Shown piece by piece: positions 1 to 8,481 of a DNA stretch of 64,000 nt. The DNA is taken from assembly GCA_965213925.1 (NCBI GenBank), contig OZ243927.1:4320001-4384000 (forward strand), written 5' to 3'. The stretch is from Trueperaceae bacterium. Lineage in GTDB: Bacteria > Deinococcota > Deinococci > Deinococcales > Trueperaceae. Below the pieces are notes generated by a model, which saw nothing but the letters and a program-made list of their open reading frames with translations, was not told where the DNA came from and made no database searches. Position numbers and translations under genes: made by a program. The first letter of the stretch is position 1, and the number at the start of each line of letters is the position of its first letter.

Positions 1-311
1 CGAACCACTGGCAGCGCTACTGGCGCGTCGTGTTGCCGATGGCGCGGCCCGCGTTGGGCGCGGTGGCGATTCTCAGCTTTCAAGGGGCCTGGAACGAGTT
101 CTTCTGGCCCTTCATCGTGCTGACCACGCCCGAAGACATCAAAACGTTGCCTATCGGCTTGCTCACGTTCCGGGAGGTTTACGGCGCGACGGGCGATTGG
201 GGGCTCATCCTGGCGGGTGCAATTCTGAGCGCACTCCCTATCATTATCCTCTTCGTAGTGTTTCAGCGGTACTTTTTGGAAGGCGTATCGTATGGAGGGT
301 CGAAGGAGTAA
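1..311 (+). CDS. Carbohydrate ABC transporter permease (MalG-like), 5' end outside window
   Basis: LPMARPAL...WNEFFWPFIV...TLPIGL...FQRYFLEG, a typical CUT1 permease C-terminus. Confidence 0.9.
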   Translation, partial: NHWQRYWRVVLPMARPALGAVAILSFQGAWNEFFWPFIVLTTPEDIKTLPIGLLTFREVYGATGDWGLILAGAILSALPIIILFVVFQRYFLEGVSYGGSKE

Positions 312-319
312 GGAGCTAG

Positions 320-372
320 TCAGCATGTCAGCGGGTCAGGAAAACCTAAAAACCTGAAACGCTGACATAGGT
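320..372. repeat. Short degenerate tandem/inverted repeat (GTCAGC...GCTGAC)
   Basis: gtcagcatgtcagcgggtcagg...cctgaaacgctgacat forms an imperfect hairpin after the permease stop. Confidence 0.45.
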
Positions 373-472
373 TAGAGCGAAGCTCAAAGCACTATGTGCT
401 TCACCTATGCTGAGACGCTTACTAAACCGGCAATACCAAACCCACTCATGTCATACCCAGTGAGGCACACCC

Positions 473-2332
473 ATGCACATCGAACGCGACACAAACGGCA
501 ACTTGGTCTTAAAAGAGAACTACACTTTTTTTGTGGGGCGGCAAGACGGGCAGGTTTTAGAGAGTGAACACGGGCTCTACAGCCGCGACACACGCTTTTT
601 AAGCCGCTACGCTTGGCGTTTTAACGACTCGTTTCAGACGCTTCTCACGCATAGCGCTAGACCTGATCAGTTCAGCGCTCACTACGCGAAGATCGAGGGT
701 CCGTCGCAAATGGTGGGCGTGCAGCGCAGGCTGAACGTATCGGCGCAGGCGCTAACGGATGTGCTCGAGTTCCAAAACACCAGCCCCGAGCCGCAAACCG
801 TCGAGGTCACTTTGGACCTCGCTGCCGACTTCGCAGACCTCTTCGAAGCGCGGGCGTGGCGCGTCGCTGAGCGTGATGGCGTCGTTCGCGAGGCAGAGGA
901 ACAGGGCGTGAGGTTTCGCTATAGAGCGAAAGACGGGCTCGAATTCGCCACCGCCATCACCTTCTCACTTGCACCGACTGAAACGAACGAGGAGAATACA
1001 GGGTTTAGGCTCGAGCTTGCGCCTGGAGAGAAATCAGGGCTGCGCGTCCAAATCTCTTTAGACAACCCTTTAGAGAGGAGCGAGCCGCGCGACCTCTCGT
1101 ACGAATCGTGGCGCAAAGGCTTCTCCTTAGGGGCAAAAAGCGAACGCCACCAAGAGGTCTTGGACCAGGCAATTGACGACCTCCGCGCCCTGCTGCTCTT
1201 TACCGAATGCGGACTCTATCCCTCGGCGGGCATCCCCTGGTACGTCGCGGCGTTCGGACGTGACGCGCTCCTGACTGCGTTCATGATGCTCCCTCATCAA
1301 CCGGAAGTGGCAGGTGGCACGCTGCGCTACCTCGCCCGCTATCAGGGCAAAACTTATGACGACTTTCGCGCCGAAGCCCCCGGCAAGATCATGCACGAAC
1401 TCCGTTTCGGCGAACTGACGCGCACGGATCAAACCCCGCACGGCCCCTACTACGGCACGGTGGACGCTCCCGCGCTGTTCGTAATGCTGCTCCATGAAAC
1501 GTGGCAGCAAACGGGCGACTTTAGTTTGGTTGAAGAGCTGAGAGCAAACTGGGAAGCGGCTTTGAAGTGGCTGCAAGAGGATGGCGACGTGGACGGTGAC
1601 GGCTTCGTGGAGTTTCAGGGCGTGGAGGATTTTGAAGGCGCGAAAGGTCTCTCGGTTCAGTCCTGGAAGGATTCGCACGATTCGATGAGCCATGCGGACG
1701 GGGCGCTGGCAAGAGGTGCGCTGGCGGTGAGCGAGGTGCAGGGCTACACCTACGCGGCGTACCGCGCCGCTGCTGCGTTCTACAGTGAGTTGGGGGATGA
1801 GGGGGGCAGGGGCCGCTACGCAGAAAAAGCTGACACCCTCAAAGCTAAGTTTAGCGAGACATTCTGGTTAGACGACATGCAAACCTATGCGATGGCGTTA
1901 GATGGCGAGAAGAAACCTCTCAAAGTCCACAATTCCGATGCAGGACAGCTCCTCTGGACGGGTATTGTGCCTGAAGAGGTCGCACCTGCGTTAGTCGAGA
2001 CCCTCTTCTCGGATACGAACTGGTCGGGCTGGGGCGTCCGTACGCTCGGCAAGGATGAGGTGCGTTACAACCCCGTCTCGTATCACAACGGCTCGGTCTG
2101 GCCGCACGACACGGCGCTGATTGCAGGCGGGCTAGCGCGTTACGGCTTTACGGAAGAGGTCGCCAAGATTCGCGAGGCGACGTTCGACTTGGCAGCGAGC
2201 CAAGCGGACAAGCGGCTGCCCGAACTCGTGGCGGGCTACTCGAGGACAGACGCGCCGCCTGTGCCTTATCCAGTGGCGTGTCGTCCGCAGGCGTGGGACG
2301 CGGCGGCGCTTTTGTACCTCTTAAAGCTGTAA
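473..2332 (+). CDS. Glycogen debranching enzyme / amylo-alpha-1,6-glucosidase family (GDE_N + GDE_C)
   Basis: AGIPWY..FGRDAL, EAPGKIMHE, WKDSHDS, YHNGSVWPHD and ACRPQAW motifs. Confidence 0.9.
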   Translation: MHIERDTNGNLVLKENYTFFVGRQDGQVLESEHGLYSRDTRFLSRYAWRFNDSFQTLLTHSARPDQFSAHYAKIEGPSQMVGVQRRLNVSAQALTDVLEFQNTSPEPQTVEVTLDLAADFADLFEARAWRVAERDGVVREAEEQGVRFRYRAKDGLEFATAITFSLAPTETNEENTGFRLELAPGEKSGLRVQISLDNPLERSEPRDLSYESWRKGFSLGAKSERHQEVLDQAIDDLRALLLFTECGLYPSAGIPWYVAAFGRDALLTAFMMLPHQPEVAGGTLRYLARYQGKTYDDFRAEAPGKIMHELRFGELTRTDQTPHGPYYGTVDAPALFVMLLHETWQQTGDFSLVEELRANWEAALKWLQEDGDVDGDGFVEFQGVEDFEGAKGLSVQSWKDSHDSMSHADGALARGALAVSEVQGYTYAAYRAAAAFYSELGDEGGRGRYAEKADTLKAKFSETFWLDDMQTYAMALDGEKKPLKVHNSDAGQLLWTGIVPEEVAPALVETLFSDTNWSGWGVRTLGKDEVRYNPVSYHNGSVWPHDTALIAGGLARYGFTEEVAKIREATFDLAASQADKRLPELVAGYSRTDAPPVPYPVACRPQAWDAAALLYLLKL

Positions 2333-2380
2333 CTCACATGTGGGGTGGGGCTCGAGGCTGACGCTTGCAGCTCTCCGCAA

Positions 2381-3082
2381 TCAGCGAGACAGTGCCCCTA
2401 ACATCCCCCGCACCACCCGCTTCGCCCGCTTCGCCGCAAGAGGCGTAAACTCCCGGAAATTCACCTCAGCCTGATGGTCCGCAGTATCGCTGATACTGCG
2501 GATAATTACGAAAGGAACGTTTGCTTTTGCGCAAATTTGCGCCACTGCCGCCCCTTCCATCTCGGCGCACGCTGCCCCAAAAGTCTCACGTAACTGTGCA
2601 ACTTTATCCGCGTCAGCGATGAACTGATCACCCGAGGCGACGCGCCCGGAGAGGACTTTAACCTCTTCTAAGCCTTGCGCCGCCTCTACCGCCAAGTCGC
2701 GCAACCGCTCATCCGCTTCCCATGCGAGCGGCTCCCCTGGCACTTGCCCTAACTCGTAGCCGAGCGCGGTCACATCCGAGTCGTGCTGCAGCGCATCGGT
2801 GCTAACAACGATGTCGCCGACCTTCAAAGTTGGGTCAACCGCACCCGCGACACCTGTGAAGATGATTCGCTCAACCTCTTGCATGACAAGAAGCTGTGTC
2901 AGCGCCGCCGCGTTGACCTTGCCGACGCCACACTCCGCGAGGAGGACCTCTTGTCCGTCTAAAGTTCCCCGGTAGAGCGTAAACGCACCTCTTTGCTCCT
3001 TCTGCGCACTTTCCAGCACGCCCAGAAGTTCTTCCAACTCTTCAGGCATCGCGCCGATGATTCCGGTGAGATTATCAGGCAA
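2381..3082 (-). CDS. mtnN: 5'-methylthioadenosine/S-adenosylhomocysteine nucleosidase
   Basis: GIIGAMPEE, CGVGKVNAA, SGDQFI, EMEGAAVAQ, RSISD motifs. Confidence 0.93.
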   Translation of the reverse strand: MPDNLTGIIGAMPEELEELLGVLESAQKEQRGAFTLYRGTLDGQEVLLAECGVGKVNAAALTQLLVMQEVERIIFTGVAGAVDPTLKVGDIVVSTDALQHDSDVTALGYELGQVPGEPLAWEADERLRDLAVEAAQGLEEVKVLSGRVASGDQFIADADKVAQLRETFGAACAEMEGAAVAQICAKANVPFVIIRSISDTADHQAEVNFREFTPLAAKRAKRVVRGMLGALSR

Positions 3083-3122
3083 CGTCGTCTCCTCTTAGCT
3101 TGAATTCGGCAGGCGAACGTGA

Positions 3123-3180
3123 AGCTATTAGCCATTAGCGTTTAGCACAAGCTTTCAAGCTAAGGGCTAACTTTAGCGTA
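3123..3180. repeat. Heptamer-like short tandem repeat (nnTTAGC) with inverted partner
   Basis: agctattagccattagcgtttagc...gctaagggctaa. Confidence 0.45.
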
Positions 3181-3185
3181 AGTCC

Positions 3186-3749
3186 TCAACTAACCTCTTC
3201 AAACCTCTTCCTTAGTCCCTCCCACACCTTCTTATCACCCACAAAAAGCGTCAGATTCGCGTCCTTAAAGCGGAAGCGCACGCCGTAGAGCGTCTCGCGG
3301 CTGCGCGTCTCTTCGCTCCAGAAACGAGTGAGTAAGAGGTCTGACCAAGCGTAGACGTGCTCCGTGCGGTCGGGCCAGAAGCCGGACAGCTCGAGCCCCT
3401 CCCCAGAGAGAATCACGCGCGTGCCGCCTACCGCTAGCGAGAGTGAAAAGGCGCACAAGATAAGCGGCAAGAGCCAGAAGAAGGTCTCGGGGAGCGTGGG
3501 CAATCTGCCGAACGAGAGGTTGGGCGAGGGCGTGAACCACCCTAGCGTCAGCGCGGCGGAGTAGAGGAAGAGCAAGCAGCCCGCCGCGCCGAAAAGCCAC
3601 ACTGCTCTCGTCATACGACTCGGCGCGGAGAGGATGATATCGGGATGGGATTGACCCGAGTCACCTGTGCGCAGTTTGACGCTCAAGGTGCCGAGGTCGT
3701 GCTCTTCGAAGGTATCTAGTCCTGCTTGGGTGCTGTTGACGCGGTCCAC
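3186..3749 (-). CDS. Hypothetical membrane protein (2 TM helices)
   Basis: Two hydrophobic segments followed by a beta-rich C-terminus; fills the gap between genes. Confidence 0.6.
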   Translation of the reverse strand: MDRVNSTQAGLDTFEEHDLGTLSVKLRTGDSGQSHPDIILSAPSRMTRAVWLFGAAGCLLFLYSAALTLGWFTPSPNLSFGRLPTLPETFFWLLPLILCAFSLSLAVGGTRVILSGEGLELSGFWPDRTEHVYAWSDLLLTRFWSEETRSRETLYGVRFRFKDANLTLFVGDKKVWEGLRKRFEEVS

Positions 3750-3926
3750 CCTTCACCTTACCTTATAGAACGGTATTTTAAGCGTGGGCTGAGCCTGTTT
3801 ACACAGACAAAGCGCCGCGCCTCCGCTACACTTGGGGGCGATGTTGTCTTCTCTTGTTATCTTTACCTCTTTTACTCCTCATTCTACGCACGTCCCCACG
3901 CTACGGGGTACACTCGGAGCAGCGCT

Positions 3927-6065
3927 ATGACGAGTCCCGCGACGAACGACACTACCGCAAAGGTCTACGCCTTCGACGTTTTCGATACATGCGTTGTCAG
4001 AACGTTTGCCCGCCCCGCCGACCTCTTCTACGCGCTTGCACGACGGGTCCTCACGGCGTGTCGCGGCGAGGAGAACTTTGGTCAAGAAGAGGTGAGCGAA
4101 CTCGCGCAGGCGCGCGTCGCCGCCGAGAAGCGGGCGCACCGGGAGACCTCTAAAGGTGATATCAACTTGGAGGATATCTACGACGCCTTCACCGAGTTAG
4201 AGGCGTGGCGTATTTCGCCGGATTGGATGCGCGCCGAAGAGGTACGACTCGAGAAAGCCTCCCTCCGCCCGATCGCTCGCACGAAGCGCCGCATTGCGCA
4301 GCTTAAAGGTGAGGGGCAGCGCGTCGTGTTCATCTCGGACATGTACCTCTCGAAAGAGGTCATCCAAGAGGTGCTTATTGGGCACGGTATCGCCACGGCG
4401 GACGACCCCTTGTATGTGTCTTCGGAACTCGAGATGACCAAACGCACGGGCGAGCTTTTCAAGCACGTTTTGGAGCGCGAAGGCGTTCAGCCAGGCGATT
4501 TGCATCACTGCGGCGACAGCATGGTGGGCGACTTTTTAGCCGCGCGCAAGCTGGGCATCAAGGCGGAGCTGTTCGATGTCTCGCACCTCAACCGCTTCGA
4601 ACGAGCGATTTTAGACGACTCGCACGCGCCGCCCTGGGTTTACGCGCAACTCGCGGGGCTCTGCCGCGCGGCGCGGCTCATGTGCAAGGACGAAGGCGAT
4701 ACCGCCGTCACCGATATTGCTGCGAACGTCGTTGCGCCGCTCCTAACGAGCTTTGTCCTCTGGACGCTGCAAGACGCGAAGCAGCGGGGCACCGAGCGCT
4801 TGCATTTCGTCGCCAGGGACGGGCAAATTATGCATAAAATCGCTCAGGAACTCGCGCAGACGCTTAACGCGCCCGAGTTGCACTACCTTTACGGCTCGAG
4901 GCAAGCCTGGTATTTGCCGTCGGTCGCTTCGCTCGAGGGGGACGACCTGGCGTTCCTCGTCCTAACGGGTCAGTCGTCCGCGCCGCGGCACAACCTCAAG
5001 CGCTTGGACCTTAAGCCGGAGGATTTAGAAGGACCGCTCCGTCGGCACGGCTTCGCGCCCGAGACTTGGGACGAACAGCTTGACGAGGAGAGCGAAAAGA
5101 GGTTTTGGGCGTTCATCTACGACGATGAAGTCGCGCCCGTCGTGATGAGGCAGGCGAGAGAGGCGCGGGAGGTCGCGCTCGCCTACTTCGAGCAAGAGGG
5201 TTTGTTAAGAGATGACAAGTGGGCGCTCGTGGATATCGGTTGGACGCTCCGCACGCAGGCGTCGTTTAAGAAGATTTTAGGGCGGGCAGGGCAACCGCAT
5301 ACGCTCGGCTACTACTTAGGGATTTCCAAAACGCGCTTTTCGGCGACGGAGTACGGTCAGGCTCGAGGCTTTTGGTTAGAGGAGTTCGAGCAGGGCGTGG
5401 CGAGTTCGGGCATCCGGTACCTCTTCCAGAACAAGGGCTTGATCGACCAGATTTTCACGATGGCGGACCACGGCAGTACGAGAGGGTACGCACGGCGCGG
5501 TAACAAAATCGAGCCGGTGCTCTCGGAACTCAAGCCGTATCCTCAGCGCGAAGCGTTCTTAGAGCAAGTTCACCGGACCGTGACGACCTTCGCCGCCGAA
5601 CTCGCCAAAACGCCTTTAATCCATGAGGGCGCGGACGACCTCAAGCGCTGCGCGCACCTCGTCACGGGGATGCTCATCGGCAACCCGACGCGCCGCGAGG
5701 CGAAGGCGCTCGCTTGGGCTCCTATCAGCGACGACCCGAACGAACTCCGGGCGGTCAAGCTCGCCAAGCCGCTCAGCGTCTCCGACCTCTACAAAATCGC
5801 TAAAGACGTCGCCTTGCGCGTCAAGGATTCGCGCACCGCGAATACGAAGACGGTGCCGAGCCTTTTCTACAAGGACCTCGCGTGGGGCTTTTCGTGGCTC
5901 GAGGGCTCGGTCGCCCTCTCGGGTCTGCCCGCCAAATTCACCTTGTGGACCTACGAGCAGGCGCAGCGGCTCAACCGGGAGAAGAAAGTTCTGGCCCTCC
6001 GCGTGCTCACGGTGCCCCAAAACGTGTCGCGTAAGCTCTCAAAACTGAAGCGGTGGCGTTTTTGA
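3927..6065 (+). CDS. HAD-superfamily hydrolase of polysaccharide-biosynthesis loci
   Basis: AFDVFDT, FISDMYL, HCGDS, ARDG, VDIGW motifs; start reassigned to ATG 3927. Confidence 0.8.
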   Translation: MTSPATNDTTAKVYAFDVFDTCVVRTFARPADLFYALARRVLTACRGEENFGQEEVSELAQARVAAEKRAHRETSKGDINLEDIYDAFTELEAWRISPDWMRAEEVRLEKASLRPIARTKRRIAQLKGEGQRVVFISDMYLSKEVIQEVLIGHGIATADDPLYVSSELEMTKRTGELFKHVLEREGVQPGDLHHCGDSMVGDFLAARKLGIKAELFDVSHLNRFERAILDDSHAPPWVYAQLAGLCRAARLMCKDEGDTAVTDIAANVVAPLLTSFVLWTLQDAKQRGTERLHFVARDGQIMHKIAQELAQTLNAPELHYLYGSRQAWYLPSVASLEGDDLAFLVLTGQSSAPRHNLKRLDLKPEDLEGPLRRHGFAPETWDEQLDEESEKRFWAFIYDDEVAPVVMRQAREAREVALAYFEQEGLLRDDKWALVDIGWTLRTQASFKKILGRAGQPHTLGYYLGISKTRFSATEYGQARGFWLEEFEQGVASSGIRYLFQNKGLIDQIFTMADHGSTRGYARRGNKIEPVLSELKPYPQREAFLEQVHRTVTTFAAELAKTPLIHEGADDLKRCAHLVTGMLIGNPTRREAKALAWAPISDDPNELRAVKLAKPLSVSDLYKIAKDVALRVKDSRTANTKTVPSLFYKDLAWGFSWLEGSVALSGLPAKFTLWTYEQAQRLNREKKVLALRVLTVPQNVSRKLSKLKRWRF

Positions 6066-6066
6066 G

Positions 6067-7218
6067 ATGAACCCTGAGAACAAAGTTCGCGTCCTCTTCA
6101 TCCTGAGCGCCGTGCAGCGTAACGGCGCGGTCTTGAGCACCCTCACGACGATGAAGCACCTAGACCGCTCGCGCTATGAGCCTGCGCTGTTCGTTTTAGA
6201 GCGCCGCGACGAGCCCTGGCACGAACTCTTAGAGGGCGTGCCTATCACCTACGGCGTCACGAAGGGCAAGCTTAAAGCGCGGCACGCGCCGCAGGTTTTC
6301 GCCAAACTCTTCCGCGCGGCGCGGCGCTCTGACGTGCTTGTCGGCGGCGTCGAGATGGCTCCGACGTTCTTGGCGGTTATCGCGGCGAAGTTCACGCGCA
6401 AGCCCTCCGTGGGCTTCGTGCGCAACTCTTTGCCCGAGCACTTGGCACAGATGCCCGCACGCTACAAGACGCTGACGAAACTTATCTATCCGCACTTAAC
6501 GCGCGCTGTTGCGATTTCCGAGGGCATCAAGGAGAGCGTTGTACGCCTCGTGCCGCCTTTAGAGAACCGCACCCGCACCGTCTATATTCCGCTCGATATT
6601 GACAAGACGCAGCGGCGTTCGCGGGAGCGTTTGCCCGAAGCGGAGACCCACAAGCCCTACCTTCTGGCGGTGGGGCGGCTCGAGTACCAGAAAGGTTTCG
6701 ACCTCTTGCTCCGCGCCTACGCGAAGCTCAAAAAGGAGCTTCAACCGTCGCTGCGTCACCAGCTCGTTTTGGTGGGCGAGGGCAAGGAAAAGGAGCGACT
6801 TAGGGCGCTCGTTCAGGAGCTTGATTTAGAAGCGGACGTGGTGATGCCGGGCTTTCAAGAAAACCCCTACGCTTGGATGAAAGGGGCGGCGGTGTTCGTC
6901 TCGAGTTCGCGCTACGAGGGCTTCTGCCGCGTCATCGCCGAGGCGTTAGCGGTAGGTACGCCCGTTGTCGCGACGGACTGCCCGAGCGGTCCCGCCGAGG
7001 TCTTGCAGGGGCAGCAGTACGGCGTCTTAGTACAAACTGAAAACCCGGACGCGCTCGCCGAGGGCATCCGCTCGCTTCTCTGCGACCCCGCGCGCATGGA
7101 AACGCTGAGCGAAGTTGGACCGCGCCGCGCCGCGCACTTCACGCCCGAAGCGACCGTGGAGCACTTCGAGCGTGTTTTAGCCGAGGTGCTGCCGTCTCAC
7201 CCAAACAGCCTGATATGA
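6067..7218 (+). CDS. Glycosyltransferase family 4
   Basis: VGRLEYQKGFD, SSRYEGF..VIAEALAVGTPVVATDCPSGPAE. Confidence 0.92.
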   Translation: MNPENKVRVLFILSAVQRNGAVLSTLTTMKHLDRSRYEPALFVLERRDEPWHELLEGVPITYGVTKGKLKARHAPQVFAKLFRAARRSDVLVGGVEMAPTFLAVIAAKFTRKPSVGFVRNSLPEHLAQMPARYKTLTKLIYPHLTRAVAISEGIKESVVRLVPPLENRTRTVYIPLDIDKTQRRSRERLPEAETHKPYLLAVGRLEYQKGFDLLLRAYAKLKKELQPSLRHQLVLVGEGKEKERLRALVQELDLEADVVMPGFQENPYAWMKGAAVFVSSSRYEGFCRVIAEALAVGTPVVATDCPSGPAEVLQGQQYGVLVQTENPDALAEGIRSLLCDPARMETLSEVGPRRAAHFTPEATVEHFERVLAEVLPSHPNSLI

Positions 7219-7219
7219 A

Positions 7220-7239
7220 CAAGGGGTTGCAACCCCTTG
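7220..7239. repeat. Perfect palindrome between convergent genes (REP-like or terminator)
   Basis: caaggggttgcaaccccttg. Confidence 0.6.
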
Positions 7240-7248
7240 CTTAAAGCG

Positions 7249-8070
7249 CTACGCGCCCTCTATCGTCCGCTCGTAAAGCGCTTCATCTGCGCTCACGACG
7301 AAGTAGGGGTTGAGCAGGTTCTCCTTGTTGTAGCGCAGCCGCTCGCCGTTTAGGTCGCCGACCTGCGCGCCCGCGGTCTCAGCGACGCACTGCGCAGCGG
7401 CCGTGTCCCATTCCATCGTCGGGCCGAAGCGCGGGTAGAGGTGCGCCGCGCCCTCCGCGACTAAGCAGAGCTTGAGCGAGCTGCCGATGGAGAGGCGTTC
7501 AATCGGCGCGTAGGACGACAAACGCTCCAAAAGCGCCTCCGTCTCTTCGCCCGCGTGCGAGCGGCTCGTCATGACAATGAGCGGTCCCGACGTGTGCGGC
7601 GTCACCTGAAGGGGGGTTCGCGCGCCGTCCACCACTTTGAACGCGCCTAAAGGCGTCGCCGCCCAATAGGTCGTTTTGAGCACAGGCGCATGGACGACGC
7701 CTAAAAGTGGCGCACCTTGGTCGATAAGCGCGATGTTGACGGTAAACTCGCCGTTACGCTTAACGAACTCTTTGGTGCCGTCCAAAGGGTCCACGAGCCA
7801 GAAGGTCGTCCAGTCGCGGCGCGTTTCATAAGGCACGGCTTTAGACTCCTCGGACAAGACGGGCACGTCCGGGGTGAGCCGCTGCAGCGCCTTTGCGATC
7901 ACCTCTTGCGAAGCGAGGTCGGCTTGGGTCAGCGGCGAGTCGTCCTCTTTATAGGTCACGCCTAAGTCGGCGCGGTTGTAGACCTCTAAAACGGCGTCGC
8001 CCGCGCGCTCAGCCGTTTCGATAAGCTCGGGGGCGAGGGTTTGTAAGTTCAAGTCTGTAACGGTACTCAT
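7249..8070 (-). CDS. cysQ: 3'(2'),5'-bisphosphate nucleotidase
   Basis: KEDDSPLTQAD, LSEE, WLVDPLDGTKEF, GSSLKLC, PRFGPTMEWDTAA. Confidence 0.95.
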   Translation of the reverse strand: MSTVTDLNLQTLAPELIETAERAGDAVLEVYNRADLGVTYKEDDSPLTQADLASQEVIAKALQRLTPDVPVLSEESKAVPYETRRDWTTFWLVDPLDGTKEFVKRNGEFTVNIALIDQGAPLLGVVHAPVLKTTYWAATPLGAFKVVDGARTPLQVTPHTSGPLIVMTSRSHAGEETEALLERLSSYAPIERLSIGSSLKLCLVAEGAAHLYPRFGPTMEWDTAAAQCVAETAGAQVGDLNGERLRYNKENLLNPYFVVSADEALYERTIEGA

Positions 8071-8080
8071 ATCATCTCCT

Positions 8081-8122
8081 TGTGGATAACTTGTGGATAA
8101 CCTGTGAATGGCTTGTGGACAA
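8081..8122. promoter_or_regulatory. Four tandem DnaA-box-like 9-mers
   Basis: TGTGGATAA (8081), TGTGGATAA (8092), TGTGAATGG (8103), TGTGGACAA (8114), at an 11-bp period. Confidence 0.65.
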
Positions 8123-8271
8123 TGGGATTTAACCTGTGGTTGGGTTTCGCTAAGCTGAGTGCATTCGTCTGAACATGTTGGTCGAGCAGCTTGCGGGAAC
8201 GCTTCGGCTGGCTCGAGTACCCTCTCAACTACGCACCTATCCTAACCAATCAACCTACGACGACGACGTAC

Positions 8272-8438
8272 TACACCGTCAACTAAGTTTTGCTACTTAT
8301 TGCTGATGTCACCCTAAGCCGAAGGCGTGAGGGTCTCGCCTTTCGTTCTCTGTCAGAGGAGTCAGCAAGGTCAGAGATTCTTTCACTCCACTTCGTTCCG
8401 TTCAGAATGACATGCTTCATTTTCTAGCTAACAGAGTA
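8272..8438 (-). mobile_element. MITE family A copy (TA-bounded TIRs, palindromic GTCATTCTGA...TCAGGGTGAC-type core)
   Basis: Near reverse complement of 26766-26931; ends tacaccgtcaactaa / ctagctaacagagta. Confidence 0.8.
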
Positions 8439-8481
8439 GTACCAATGAGCGACAAAAGTATCGACGCAGCGAATACCGCGC

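Noticed and set aside
3726..3926. N-terminal extension of the HAD ORF
   Set aside because: Non-coding-like composition and overlap with the divergent gene; the HAD motif begins shortly after ATG 3927
8081..8260. oriC
   Set aside because: Only four boxes, no adjacent dnaA/dnaN and no clear AT-rich unwinding element
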